Numbered from the stretch's first letter, positions 9,494 to 17,878 are shown. The stretch: DNA of 60,533 nucleotides from an uncultured Eubacteriales bacterium (GCA_964614605.1 CAZTLU010000001.1:5291-65823), one strand, 5' to 3'. Numbers and translations: made by a program. Notes: generated by a model not told the origin, from the letters alone.

Positions 9494-10021
9494 CTATTTA
9501 AATAAACTGCCACCGTTGCAGTCAATTGCAACAATAAGCGGAAAATCTTTAATTTCAAGCTTTTTAACCGATTCACAGCCCAATTCCTCAAATGCAATTA
9601 CCTCACTACTTGTAATGCATTTTGAAGCAAGAGCACCAGCACCACCTATGGCACAAAAGTAAACAGCTTTATTACGATTTATCGCCTCGCAGACCTCATT
9701 AGAACGAGGTCCTTTGCCAATCATTGCCTTTAGCCCCAAATCAAGAAATTCGGGAGTAAATTTATCCATTCTGCCTGAGGTCGTGGGACCGCAACTACCA
9801 ATTGGAAGGCCTTCGGGTGTAGGAGTTGGTCCCGAATAATAAATAACCGCATTCTGCAAATCAAATGGCAAACTCCCGTTACTATCAATTAAAGCCTTAA
9901 TTTTTTTATGTGCAGCGTCACGGGCGGTAAAAACTGTGCCTGAAAGCAATACTCTGTCGCCTGCTTTTAATTTATTTGCAAATTCAGTTATTTTTGATGT
10001 ATGCAAAGCATATTGCGCCAT
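9494..10021 (-). CDS. Fe-S hydro-lyase beta-type subunit (class I fumarate/tartrate dehydratase C-terminal domain)
   Basis: 175 aa with LKAGDRVLLSGTVFTARDAAHKKI...GPTTSGRMD...IGKG, typical of FumA_C/TtdB. No alpha-subunit gene is adjacent. Confidence 0.8.
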   Translation of the reverse strand: MAQYALHTSKITEFANKLKAGDRVLLSGTVFTARDAAHKKIKALIDSNGSLPFDLQNAVIYYSGPTPTPEGLPIGSCGPTTSGRMDKFTPEFLDLGLKAMIGKGPRSNEVCEAINRNKAVYFCAIGGAGALASKCITSSEVIAFEELGCESVKKLEIKDFPLIVAIDCNGGSLFK

Positions 10022-10023
10022 AA

Positions 10024-10746
10024 TTAACCTTCTTTGATATCTGAATTAAAATCCTCTGTATGTTCAGAATATGAAATTACAGTAAAATTATTCTCGTCTG
10101 AAAAGTCGTTATCAAATTCAAAATTGTGCGCTTCAATTCCCGTCAAATCTGTATGAAGATTAAGCAATGTTGATGCGGAAGAATTAAGCTTTGTTCCCAG
10201 AGCATATACATCTTTATGAAGTTGTTCAAGAGATGAATTGAACTTTCTTGAAATAGCGTCAACATCCTTTAAAAGCTGCTCAATCTCATTAGCCTGATTT
10301 TTAACATCCTGTGAAGCAATTGCACCAATGTCTTTTGCCTTTGCCTTTGCATTGTCAACAAGGTCATCACTATAACGACGGGCATCGATATAAGCGGCAC
10401 CAATCTGCTTCTCTGCACGACGAAGTTTTTCACTCTTTTCATCATACTCCGCAATTTTTTCGCTGAACTGTTTGTTCTCTTTAAGCGCAAGCTCAAGCTT
10501 AACTGCAAGGTCATTTGCCTCTTTTTCTTTCGCGGCAAGCTTATCATTGACCGACGACAAGGTATCAAGCTTAATTTCAAGCTCATCAATTTTACGCTTA
10601 AGTTCAACTGATTCTTCACGCTTTGTATCAAGCATTGACTTGATGTCAGCAGTTTCTGTCTGCAACTGTTCAACGTATGCAAGAACATCGGATTTTTTAA
10701 ATCCGCCGAATAATGTGGTCTTCATAATTGTGAATTCTTTACTCAT
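10024..10746 (-). CDS. DivIVA-like coiled-coil protein
   Basis: The N-terminal F-GGFKKSDVLAYVEQL resembles the DivIVA/GpsB head motif. The rest is heptad-rich (E/K/L). Good SD (AAGAGGAA). Confidence 0.5.
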   Translation of the reverse strand: MSKEFTIMKTTLFGGFKKSDVLAYVEQLQTETADIKSMLDTKREESVELKRKIDELEIKLDTLSSVNDKLAAKEKEANDLAVKLELALKENKQFSEKIAEYDEKSEKLRRAEKQIGAAYIDARRYSDDLVDNAKAKAKDIGAIASQDVKNQANEIEQLLKDVDAISRKFNSSLEQLHKDVYALGTKLNSSASTLLNLHTDLTGIEAHNFEFDNDFSDENNFTVISYSEHTEDFNSDIKEG

Positions 10747-10893
10747 AACAAATTCCTCTTATGTAAATGATAATTTATTTTAACAGATTTTTTATAATAA
10801 AACAACAGTTATTCAAAAATTTATCGATTAACATAAAAAACAATAGACATTTGAATTATTTGGTTGTAAAATGTACCTAAGGAGGAGTTTTTT

Positions 10894-11865
10894 ATGAAAA
10901 AGAATACTAAAAAGGCACTTAAAACTGCAGGAATTGTAGGCGCAACAGCTGCTGCAACCTATTTTTTAATCGGTAACTTCTTTTATTATGTGACTCTCAC
11001 AAAGGGCGGGCTTAAAAATCCTTTTATTGCAAAAATTGCAAGCGGCACAAAAGAAAAAGATGAAGAGAGAATACGCCTTGACGCAATTAAAGAACAAGGA
11101 AAAGAATGGTTTGACAACGCAAACAAAGAAAAAGTAATTATTAAATCAACAAACGAAAATAAAAATTTACACGCAGATTTCCTTTTCCCCGAAAAAGAAA
11201 GTGATGTTTTTGTAATTATTATTCATGGCTATACTTCAGAGCCCAGAGGCATGGGTATGTACGCGCAGAAATATCACGAATTGGGATATAATGTTCTTAT
11301 GCCAAGCCTTAACGGACACGCCGACAGTGAATCTGGCACAGTAACAATGGGTTGGAAGGACAGACTTGATATTGTTGATTGGGCCAATTTCATAGCAGAG
11401 AATTACCCTAAAAGCAAAATCGTTCTTCACGGTGAATCAATGGGTGCCGCAACAACAATGATGACTACGGGCGAACCCTTGCCTGATAATGTAAAAGTGG
11501 CTGTTGCAGACTGTGGTTACACTTCAGTATGGGATATTTTCAGTAATAAGATTAAGAATAACTTTAAAATGCACGAATTCCCAACTCTTTACAGCGCAAA
11601 CACGATAAATAAGATTTATTCGGGATTCGATTTTAAAGAAGCATCGACAGTTGAACAACTAAAAAAATCAAAGACACCTACCATATTCATTCACGGCGAC
11701 AAAGATACCTTTGTCCCCTACGAAATGCTTGACAGAGTTTACGAAGCGTGTGCAAGTGAAAAAGAAAAGATTACAATCCCCGACTCACCTCATGCGCGAA
11801 ACGCTTGTGTCGACCCCGAGCTTTATTGGAATTCAGTCATAGAATTTATTAGTAAATACATATAA
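10894..11865 (+). CDS. Membrane-anchored alpha/beta-fold hydrolase
   Basis: N-terminal TM helix, HGYTS oxyanion region, GESMG nucleophile elbow, and late D and H residues (HGDKDTFVP, PDSPHA). Confidence 0.85.
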   Translation: MKKNTKKALKTAGIVGATAAATYFLIGNFFYYVTLTKGGLKNPFIAKIASGTKEKDEERIRLDAIKEQGKEWFDNANKEKVIIKSTNENKNLHADFLFPEKESDVFVIIIHGYTSEPRGMGMYAQKYHELGYNVLMPSLNGHADSESGTVTMGWKDRLDIVDWANFIAENYPKSKIVLHGESMGAATTMMTTGEPLPDNVKVAVADCGYTSVWDIFSNKIKNNFKMHEFPTLYSANTINKIYSGFDFKEASTVEQLKKSKTPTIFIHGDKDTFVPYEMLDRVYEACASEKEKITIPDSPHARNACVDPELYWNSVIEFISKYI

Positions 11866-11872
11866 AAATTGA

Positions 11873-11892
11873 CCCCAACCGATTGGTTGGGG
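11873..11892. terminator. Bidirectional terminator between convergent genes
   Basis: CCCCAACC-GATT-GGTTGGGG perfect 8-bp stem, followed by a weak T-rich tract (TTAACTTTT) downstream on the plus strand and preceded by AAAAATT. Confidence 0.8.
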
Positions 11893-11899
11893 TTAACTT

Positions 11900-13996
11900 T
11901 TACAATTCTTTAATTTCGCCGCTCTTAAATTTGAAAATTCTCAAAGCGTCAGCAAGCTCTACTTTATCATTTTTATCGGTATCAGCGGCTTTAAGCTGAG
12001 TGTCTGAAAGCTTTATTTCACCTGATTTATACTTAAAAATCATAAGCGCATCTGCAATGGTGACAAATCCGTCGGCATCAATATCACCTAAAGTGTAGTT
12101 TGTACTGCTTGTTACCGTCACCTTGCAGGTTGCAGTGAATGCACCAACTTTTGCGGTAATAGTTGCAGTACCAACACCGATTGCGGTTACTGTACCGTTT
12201 GAAACTGTTGCAACTGATTTATCAGAGGTTGACCATGTAACAGTTTTACTGTCAGTGGTATTTGACGGATTATAGGTTACAGTAAGCTTTGTAGCATCGC
12301 CGGTAAACATTGTTGCTGTTGAACTGCTTAATGAAATACCTGTCAAGGGTATCATATTTTCAACACTTCTGATAATATTTAAAGTGTATGTGCGCTTATC
12401 ACCGTTTTCAGCAGTTACAACAATATCAATTGCATTACTGCCACCACTAAGTGCAACTGTACCCGTACCGCTAATTTTTGCATTGGAATTAACAGGTGTT
12501 GCAGAAATTTTTACAGATGATACTGAAGAAGCAACTGTAAGCGAATATCCGCTTGTCTTGCCTGCATCAAAGCTTAAATCATAACCCTCAATCGTAAGTG
12601 AGGAAAGCCAGTTATTAGGGTTTGCGTTGCTTGCTTCTGGCAATTTGCAGGCTTCGGCAGGCATATTTCTGTAATAAGGAATAATAAATGTAAAGCTATT
12701 GTCAAGAATTCCAAGATTGGTATAAGTTTTTTTAATTGAAAATGATTCAGAATATGGCGCCATTATATTCGTCATATACTGATGGGACCAAACCTTATTA
12801 ACAACATTAAACTTTTGCAAATATAATGTGTCTTGATTATTATCAATATATCCGTTACTAATCCATTTTGCACCGCCGACAATTGCTTTATATTGAGTGT
12901 TCCACGGCAATAAATATTTGGCAATATTTGCGTCAGATGAAGTAGAACCCGAAGCATATTTCAATCCGTTTGCAATTGGGTCACTGCCGGCAGAAGCACC
13001 AATGTTATAGAAATTATATAAACCCTTATATGTGTCATTATAATTACCGCTTGTTGAACCGCTACCGCTTTTTCCAACCTCTTGAATTGTTCGTGAGGCA
13101 AGATGATAAGGACTTACATCTGCAATTTCAGCAGCATCCATATATGCCTGGGCGTAAGAAACTGATTTATTATCAGTATTCTTGATGTTTACACCGTCCA
13201 TAAAAGAACCGCTTAAAATCTTTTCAACACCGTCAATAGTTTGGGTTTCACTGTCGTATGATAATGCCTCAAATATAAAGACATTTGTCTCATTCAAAAA
13301 GTTTCTTGGGTCCATATAATATGCAATTGTTTGCGTATTTGCCTGATACCAACCCGATTCATTATTATATAGTAACCATTTATCATTACGCCAATCATAT
13401 GCGCCGGTATCAGTAGAACGATAAGAAAGCGGTTGGTTGTACTGAATCATACTTCTGCCAAAATAGCCCTGTGCAGAAGTAGTAAATAAATCATCCCAAT
13501 TTATTCCCGTATCATAAAAAACGAAGTTCCAATTGGGGTGTAAGCTTAAAAGATTTTCTATGTATGACTTATAGATTTCAGGCACGCCTTCGGGCATTTC
13601 GTAATCATCGGTGGTAGTGTTTACTTTAACATATGCAGAATAAACATATCCTTCCAACGTTTTACCTTTATATGTAAAAGAAATGTGATACCAAACAACT
13701 AATTTAGTTTCATCCGGACTATTGACAGTTTCAAGTATTGTTACATTATGTCCCGTATTCAACATCACATATTTGTTTGCATTATCACTTAAGTCATCTT
13801 TTAGAATATTGCTTACACCAGATTGTGTTGAGGGACTTGTTCTTACATTTATATAATCATTGGTGATTGTTCCGGTTTGCGTAGCAGCACTTACAGCGAA
13901 ATATGAAGCAAATGAAAATAACATAGAAAGGCATAAAACCACAGAAATTATGCTTTTAAAAACTCTGTTCTGCATTATTTTCACATCCTTCGCCAA
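11900..13996 (-). CDS. Secreted SH3b + GH73-type N-acetylglucosaminidase + cadherin-like + Big_2 + type I dockerin protein
   Basis: Signal peptide (...FAVSA/ATQ). SH3-like INVRTSPS...GYVYSAYV. Glucosaminidase blocks YHLASRTIQE, YNFYNIGA, TLYLQKF, HQYMTNI. Big_2 segment TVTWSTSDKSVATV..G.ATITA. The C-terminal duplicated Ca-loop DIDADGFVTIADAL / DTDKNDKVELADAL is a dockerin. Confidence 0.8.
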   Translation of the reverse strand: MAKDVKIMQNRVFKSIISVVLCLSMLFSFASYFAVSAATQTGTITNDYINVRTSPSTQSGVSNILKDDLSDNANKYVMLNTGHNVTILETVNSPDETKLVVWYHISFTYKGKTLEGYVYSAYVKVNTTTDDYEMPEGVPEIYKSYIENLLSLHPNWNFVFYDTGINWDDLFTTSAQGYFGRSMIQYNQPLSYRSTDTGAYDWRNDKWLLYNNESGWYQANTQTIAYYMDPRNFLNETNVFIFEALSYDSETQTIDGVEKILSGSFMDGVNIKNTDNKSVSYAQAYMDAAEIADVSPYHLASRTIQEVGKSGSGSTSGNYNDTYKGLYNFYNIGASAGSDPIANGLKYASGSTSSDANIAKYLLPWNTQYKAIVGGAKWISNGYIDNNQDTLYLQKFNVVNKVWSHQYMTNIMAPYSESFSIKKTYTNLGILDNSFTFIIPYYRNMPAEACKLPEASNANPNNWLSSLTIEGYDLSFDAGKTSGYSLTVASSVSSVKISATPVNSNAKISGTGTVALSGGSNAIDIVVTAENGDKRTYTLNIIRSVENMIPLTGISLSSSTATMFTGDATKLTVTYNPSNTTDSKTVTWSTSDKSVATVSNGTVTAIGVGTATITAKVGAFTATCKVTVTSSTNYTLGDIDADGFVTIADALMIFKYKSGEIKLSDTQLKAADTDKNDKVELADALRIFKFKSGEIKEL

Positions 13997-14007
13997 TATT
14001 CAATTAT

Positions 14008-14036
14008 ATTTTACCAAAAAACAGTATAATCGTCAA
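14008..14036 (-). promoter_or_regulatory. Sigma-A-type promoter for the dockerin/GH73 gene
   Basis: Minus strand reads TTGACG-17 nt-TAAAAT. Confidence 0.45.
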
Positions 14037-14047
14037 GTTGCATAATC

Positions 14048-15244
14048 TTACCAAATACTATCAATACAGATAATTATATTATTTTTTTCGTTTTCCAACT
14101 CTTCACTTATATTTTCGCACAGATATGATGCAGAAAAATACGACCAGCCGAAAGCATATTCGGTATTTATACAGTTTATTTGTTTTGAAAGTATGTCATC
14201 ATTTTCAAGCCATTCGTTACTCCCCTCTTGTGCATAAACATCTTCATTGCCTGCTTTATAAACTGCAAGGCCAATTACTATTTTTGTACTTTCATTCTGC
14301 AAATTCATCCATTCATTAAGCAAATCGTCAAAGGGCATTGTAGAATGATTAAATCCGTAATATAACTGCGGAATAAGTATATCAGCATAACCATTATTTT
14401 GTGCCCAAAGCTTAACATCGGCATAGGAATTATTATAATTTTTCTCAATATCAGCTGACGGGCTGATTGATACTAATAAATTCTCATCATAACTTTTTAC
14501 AAGTGAATAAACGGAGGAAATTAAAGAATTCACCGCGTTTCTTCTGAAATCGGCAAGACTCAAATTCCCGCCACTTATAATATAATCATCATATATTTCT
14601 TTATCGATTTCTTCATCGGTTGTAGGATAAAAATAATCATCAATATGAATTCCGCTTACATCATAATTTTCAAGAATTTCTCTGATTCCGTTTAAAACAT
14701 AATTTTGCACTTCAGGATACGCAGGATTATAGTAAATTGAATTTTCAGTATGGATAATTCGTTCATCATTGCCGTTTCCGGAAAGCAACTCCCCTGCAAA
14801 AGAATTTTTTGGAATTTTATCAATCTGATTATCATTTCTTATTCGATAAGGATTGAGCCAAGCGTGAACAGAAATATTGTATTTTTCTGCTATTTCAATA
14901 AAATAATCAAGTATATCAAATTTCAAGTTACCATTATTATCTTTGCAATAATCACTCACATTAAAAATCGACGAAGAATAAAAACAATCATCAAATGCTC
15001 GCATATGCAAGAATAGGTTGTTTACTTTATATTTTTTTAATGTAATCAACATTGCTTCAATATTACTTGTTAGCTGTTCTTCATTTTGGCTTTCATTGCA
15101 CAGATTTTCAATTTCTTTATATGTAATCCAAGTGCCTACAAATTTTTGATTGTCTGCAGACTTGTCCTCTTGTGTTTCGGGCAAAAAAACACAGGAAGAA
15201 AATGAAAAAACAACTATAAAAATCAATATAAAAATTTTTTTCAA
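14048..15244 (-). CDS. GHL10 (DUF187/YngK-like, family 10 glycosylhydrolase-like) lipoprotein
   Basis: Blocks NNLFLHMRAFDD, VHAWLNPYR, GIHIDDYFYP. A TTG start at 15244 with AAGGTGA 7 nt upstream gives MKKIFILIFIVVFSFSSC, a lipoprotein signal peptide. The ORF-track ATG at 15280 sits inside the perR -35 box. Confidence 0.7.
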   Translation of the reverse strand: MKKIFILIFIVVFSFSSCVFLPETQEDKSADNQKFVGTWITYKEIENLCNESQNEEQLTSNIEAMLITLKKYKVNNLFLHMRAFDDCFYSSSIFNVSDYCKDNNGNLKFDILDYFIEIAEKYNISVHAWLNPYRIRNDNQIDKIPKNSFAGELLSGNGNDERIIHTENSIYYNPAYPEVQNYVLNGIREILENYDVSGIHIDDYFYPTTDEEIDKEIYDDYIISGGNLSLADFRRNAVNSLISSVYSLVKSYDENLLVSISPSADIEKNYNNSYADVKLWAQNNGYADILIPQLYYGFNHSTMPFDDLLNEWMNLQNESTKIVIGLAVYKAGNEDVYAQEGSNEWLENDDILSKQINCINTEYAFGWSYFSASYLCENISEELENEKNNIIICIDSIW

Positions 15245-15273
15245 AAATAATTCACCTTTTTTATAAAAAATAG

Positions 15274-15301
15274 TTGACATAAGTTAATTTTGTGTTATAA
15301 T
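15274..15301 (+). promoter_or_regulatory. Near-consensus extended -10 promoter of perR-rbr
   Basis: TTGACA (15274-15279), 16-nt spacer, then TGtTATAAT (TATAAT at 15296-15301). Confidence 0.7.
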
Positions 15302-15306
15302 AACAG

Positions 15307-15327
15307 TAACAGTAATCATTACTGTTA
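15307..15327 (+). promoter_or_regulatory. Fur/PerR-box-like 21-bp perfect palindrome (operator)
   Basis: TAACAGTAAT-C-ATTACTGTTA, with the core AATCATT typical of 7-1-7 Fur-family boxes. It begins about 6 nt after the -10 and so overlaps the expected transcription start. Confidence 0.7.
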
Positions 15328-15341
15328 AGGAGGAGCAGAGA

Positions 15342-15731
15342 ATGGCACTTGAAAGAAAAAGTAAGCAAAGAGATGCTATTGTTGAAGAATTGAAATCCCG
15401 ATATGACCATCCTACTGCTATGGAGCTTTTCTTAGCTGTAAGAGAAAAAATACCGAATTTAAGCCTCGGCACTCTTTACAGAAATCTCTCACAGCTTGAA
15501 CAGTGCGGTCAGATAATTAAAATTCCAGACAGAACTCAAGACCGTTTCGATGGCAACCCTGCCCCCCATACACACTTCAAATGCAATTGTTGCGGTAAAG
15601 TATATGATGTAATGTCAATTAAAAATTACAGTTTTGATTGCGAAGATGAAAATATTGGTCAAATTAGCGGTTACAGTTTAATGCTTTTTGGCATATGCAA
15701 AAGCTGCGACGAATACCGTATAAATAATTAA
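15342..15731 (+). CDS. perR: Fur-family transcriptional repressor, PerR-like
   Basis: 129 aa with a winged-helix N-terminus ([14 protein letters not shown]...LGTLYRNL), C-terminal CxxC pairs (CNCCG, CKSC), and rubrerythrin immediately downstream. Confidence 0.85.
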   Translation: MALERKSKQRDAIVEELKSRYDHPTAMELFLAVREKIPNLSLGTLYRNLSQLEQCGQIIKIPDRTQDRFDGNPAPHTHFKCNCCGKVYDVMSIKNYSFDCEDENIGQISGYSLMLFGICKSCDEYRINN

Positions 15732-15757
15732 AAATTAATTTTTGGAGGAAATTTACT

Positions 15758-16303
15758 ATGAAAAAATTTGTATGCTCAGTTTGCGGTTATGTTCATGAAG
15801 GAGATTCAGCTCCCGAGAGATGCCCACAGTGCAAGGTACCTGCTGACAAGTTCAATGAAATCAAAGAAGACGAAAGAACTTGGGCTGCAGAGCACATCGT
15901 AGGTGTTGCAGAAGGCGCTCCCGAAGACATTATTATGGACCTTCGCGCAAATTTTGAAGGCGAATGTTCAGAGGTTGGTATGTATCTTGCAATGGCAAGA
16001 GTTGCTCATCGTGAGGGTTATCCCGAAATCGGTCTTTATTGGGAAAAGGCAGCTTATGAAGAGGCAGAACACGCAGCAAAATTTGCAGAACTTCTCGGTG
16101 AAGTTGTAACAGACAGCACAAAGAAAAACCTTGAAATGAGAGTTGACGCTGAAAACGGCGCAACTGCAGGTAAGTTTGACCTTGCAAAGCGTGCTAAAGA
16201 GCTTGGACTTGATGCTATTCACGACACAGTTCACGAAATGGCTCGTGACGAAGCAAGACACGGCAAGGCATTTGAGGGTCTTCTCAACAGATACTTCAAA
16301 TAA
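15758..16303 (+). CDS. rbr: Reverse rubrerythrin (N-terminal rubredoxin-like domain + ferritin-like diiron domain)
   Basis: CSVCGY...CPQC at the N-terminus, then ExxH diiron motifs ([18 protein letters not shown]). Confidence 0.9.
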   Translation: MKKFVCSVCGYVHEGDSAPERCPQCKVPADKFNEIKEDERTWAAEHIVGVAEGAPEDIIMDLRANFEGECSEVGMYLAMARVAHREGYPEIGLYWEKAAYEEAEHAAKFAELLGEVVTDSTKKNLEMRVDAENGATAGKFDLAKRAKELGLDAIHDTVHEMARDEARHGKAFEGLLNRYFK

Positions 16304-16312
16304 TGCATTAAA

Positions 16313-16349
16313 GCGAGAGGACTTTTAAAGAGTTCTCTCGCTATTTTTT
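16313..16349 (+). terminator. Intrinsic terminator after rbr
   Basis: GCGAGAG...CTCTCGC stem followed by TATTTTTT. Confidence 0.7.
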
Positions 16350-16379
16350 AATTTAATCCATATTAAAGGAGGTTTCCAA

Positions 16380-16910
16380 ATGAAAAGAAAAGTATTTGCA
16401 GTTTTGTTAGTCATTGTGATTATGTCGATGTTTATCGGTTGTAACCAAGACGCATCAATCGCTCAAAACGGAGCTGAAAAGCAACAAGAAGCACAAAAAT
16501 CTGTTGTTTTAAATGAAGAAGAAATCAGCACAGAGCATTCAACAAATGTTATTGAAGAACCAAGCACAGAAAAAGCAACAGAGAAAATTCAGAAAAACGA
16601 AAGCATTTCTGAAACAACGAAACTAAAAGAAACATCAACCAAGAGCAATCCTGAAGATTCAAGCTCCCCTGCCTCATCCACTAATGATTCTTATATAGGT
16701 GCAGAAAAAGCTAAGTCAATTGCTTTAAGCCATGCGGGAATCTCTGAGGCAGAAGCAAAATTCCTTGAAATTGAGCTTGACCGTGACGATTATATCAAGA
16801 AATATGAAATCAGTTTTCATTGTGGCGATTGGGAATATGACTACGAAATAAATGCTGAAACGGGTAAAATTATATCTGCCGAAAAAGAATATGATTCAAT
16901 TTACGATTAA
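16380..16910 (+). CDS. PepSY-domain lipoprotein
   Basis: Lipobox MFIGC, an S/T/E-rich linker, and a C-terminal PepSY-like segment IGAEKAKSIALSHAG...YEISF...YDYEINAETGKI. Confidence 0.7.
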   Translation: MKRKVFAVLLVIVIMSMFIGCNQDASIAQNGAEKQQEAQKSVVLNEEEISTEHSTNVIEEPSTEKATEKIQKNESISETTKLKETSTKSNPEDSSSPASSTNDSYIGAEKAKSIALSHAGISEAEAKFLEIELDRDDYIKKYEISFHCGDWEYDYEINAETGKIISAEKEYDSIYD

Positions 16911-16934
16911 AAAGCGGGCTTTGCCCGCTTTTTC
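16911..16934. terminator. Bidirectional terminator (PepSY gene on plus, spoVM on minus)
   Basis: AAAA-GCGGGC-TTT-GCCCGC-TTTTT. Confidence 0.8.
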
Positions 16935-16940
16935 TATACA

Positions 16941-17021
16941 TCAGTTTTCTTTTTTAATGCCGAACATCAGCCTTAAAATGCCGCCTAAAATCTTTGGACT
17001 TTTTACCACAACGAGCTTCAC
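16941..17021 (-). CDS. spoVM: Stage V sporulation protein M (26 aa)
   Basis: Below the ORF-track cutoff. GTG start 8 nt after GGAGG. (M)KLVVVKSPKILGGILRLMFGIKKEN versus remembered B. subtilis MKFYTIKLPKFLGGIVRAMLGSFRKD: same length, about 13/26 identical. Same position downstream of thiN as in B. subtilis. Confidence 0.8.
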   Translation of the reverse strand: MKLVVVKSPKILGGILRLMFGIKKEN

Positions 17022-17034
17022 AAAAAATTCCTCC

Positions 17035-17184
17035 TTATGATTTACAGAGGGCTGCACCGCAGATTACCAAAGAAACTGCAAGTAATACAATTATCACTTT
17101 TTCAGGAAGAATTAAAGACATCAAAAGTCCCAGCCCCAAAGCAATGAAAATAATTCCTTTTGAGTTTCCATGTCTTCTTCCCAT
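17035..17184 (-). CDS. 49-aa predicted two-helix membrane peptide, unknown function
   Basis: Below the ORF-track cutoff. ATG follows GGGGG with 7-nt spacing. MGRRHGNSKGIIFIALGLGLLMSLILPEKVIIVLLAVSLVICGAALCKS. Its stop is 13 nt before the spoVM start. Confidence 0.5.
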   Translation of the reverse strand: MGRRHGNSKGIIFIALGLGLLMSLILPEKVIIVLLAVSLVICGAALCKS

Positions 17185-17188
17185 AATA

Positions 17189-17238
17189 ATACCCCCTGCT
17201 GATGTATTTACTACATTATACGCAAGGGGTATTTTTTT
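17189..17238 (+). terminator. Hairpin plus T7 tract reading as a plus-strand terminator; on the minus strand it sits between thiN and the 49-aa ORF
   Basis: ATACCCCCTGC...GCAAGGGGTAT (one wobble) followed by TTTTTTT on the plus strand. The left arm contains the complement of the 49-aa ORF SD. Confidence 0.4.
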
Positions 17239-17239
17239 G

Positions 17240-17878
17240 TTACATTTTAGTTTCTATTATAATCAATGTGCCAGCCTGTACTGATATCTCACCAAACTCT
17301 TCAATTATATCATTACTTGTACCAAGCGCACCGTCAAATGGGTCAAGGGTATAATCCCATAAGGGATAATGAAATCCGCTTTCAGTAACACCAAAAGCCC
17401 TATCACCATAAGCAAAAACTGAAATCTGTTGTTTATCTTTACGCTTAATTTTCATCGATGAATTTGTAATACTTCTGAAAATATGTTTTTCATCAATAAT
17501 TTCAAAGTGTATATTTTGTCTTGATGCATCTGCCATAAGCGAAACATTAGCAAATGTGTGCTCAAATCTTCCTCCGGTTCCACCGAAAAGCGCAAAAAAT
17601 TTAAAGCCTTTTCTTACACCCTCGTTGAACGCTGCCACACAGTCTGTAACATCTTTTTCAACAGGAAGAGTAATCATATTCAAGCCTTTGGGAACAGCCG
17701 AAATCGAATCAAAATCGCCGATGAGTAAGTCGGGGATAAAACCTGCAGAAACTGCATAGTCGTAACCACCGTCAGCACAGATTATGAAATCGGTTTCAAT
17801 GTCAATATTTTCTTTTAAAAACAAGGCGGAACAGTCTCCGCCGCCAATTATGACGCAACGTGTTTTTAAAGTTCCCAT
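17240..17878 (-). CDS. thiN: Thiamine pyrophosphokinase
   Basis: VIIGGGD, ADGG, GDFDS motifs; 212 aa; conserved position after rsgA. Confidence 0.88.
   Translation of the reverse strand: MGTLKTRCVIIGGGDCSALFLKENIDIETDFIICADGGYDYAVSAGFIPDLLIGDFDSISAVPKGLNMITLPVEKDVTDCVAAFNEGVRKGFKFFALFGGTGGRFEHTFANVSLMADASRQNIHFEIIDEKHIFRSITNSSMKIKRKDKQQISVFAYGDRAFGVTESGFHYPLWDYTLDPFDGALGTSNDIIEEFGEISVQAGTLIIIETKM

Noticed and set aside
16994-17284. 96-aa plus-strand ORF spanning the PepSY-thiN gap.
   Set aside because: It is antisense to the SD-equipped spoVM and 49-aa ORFs, runs into thiN, has no RBS, and has an unconvincing composition.
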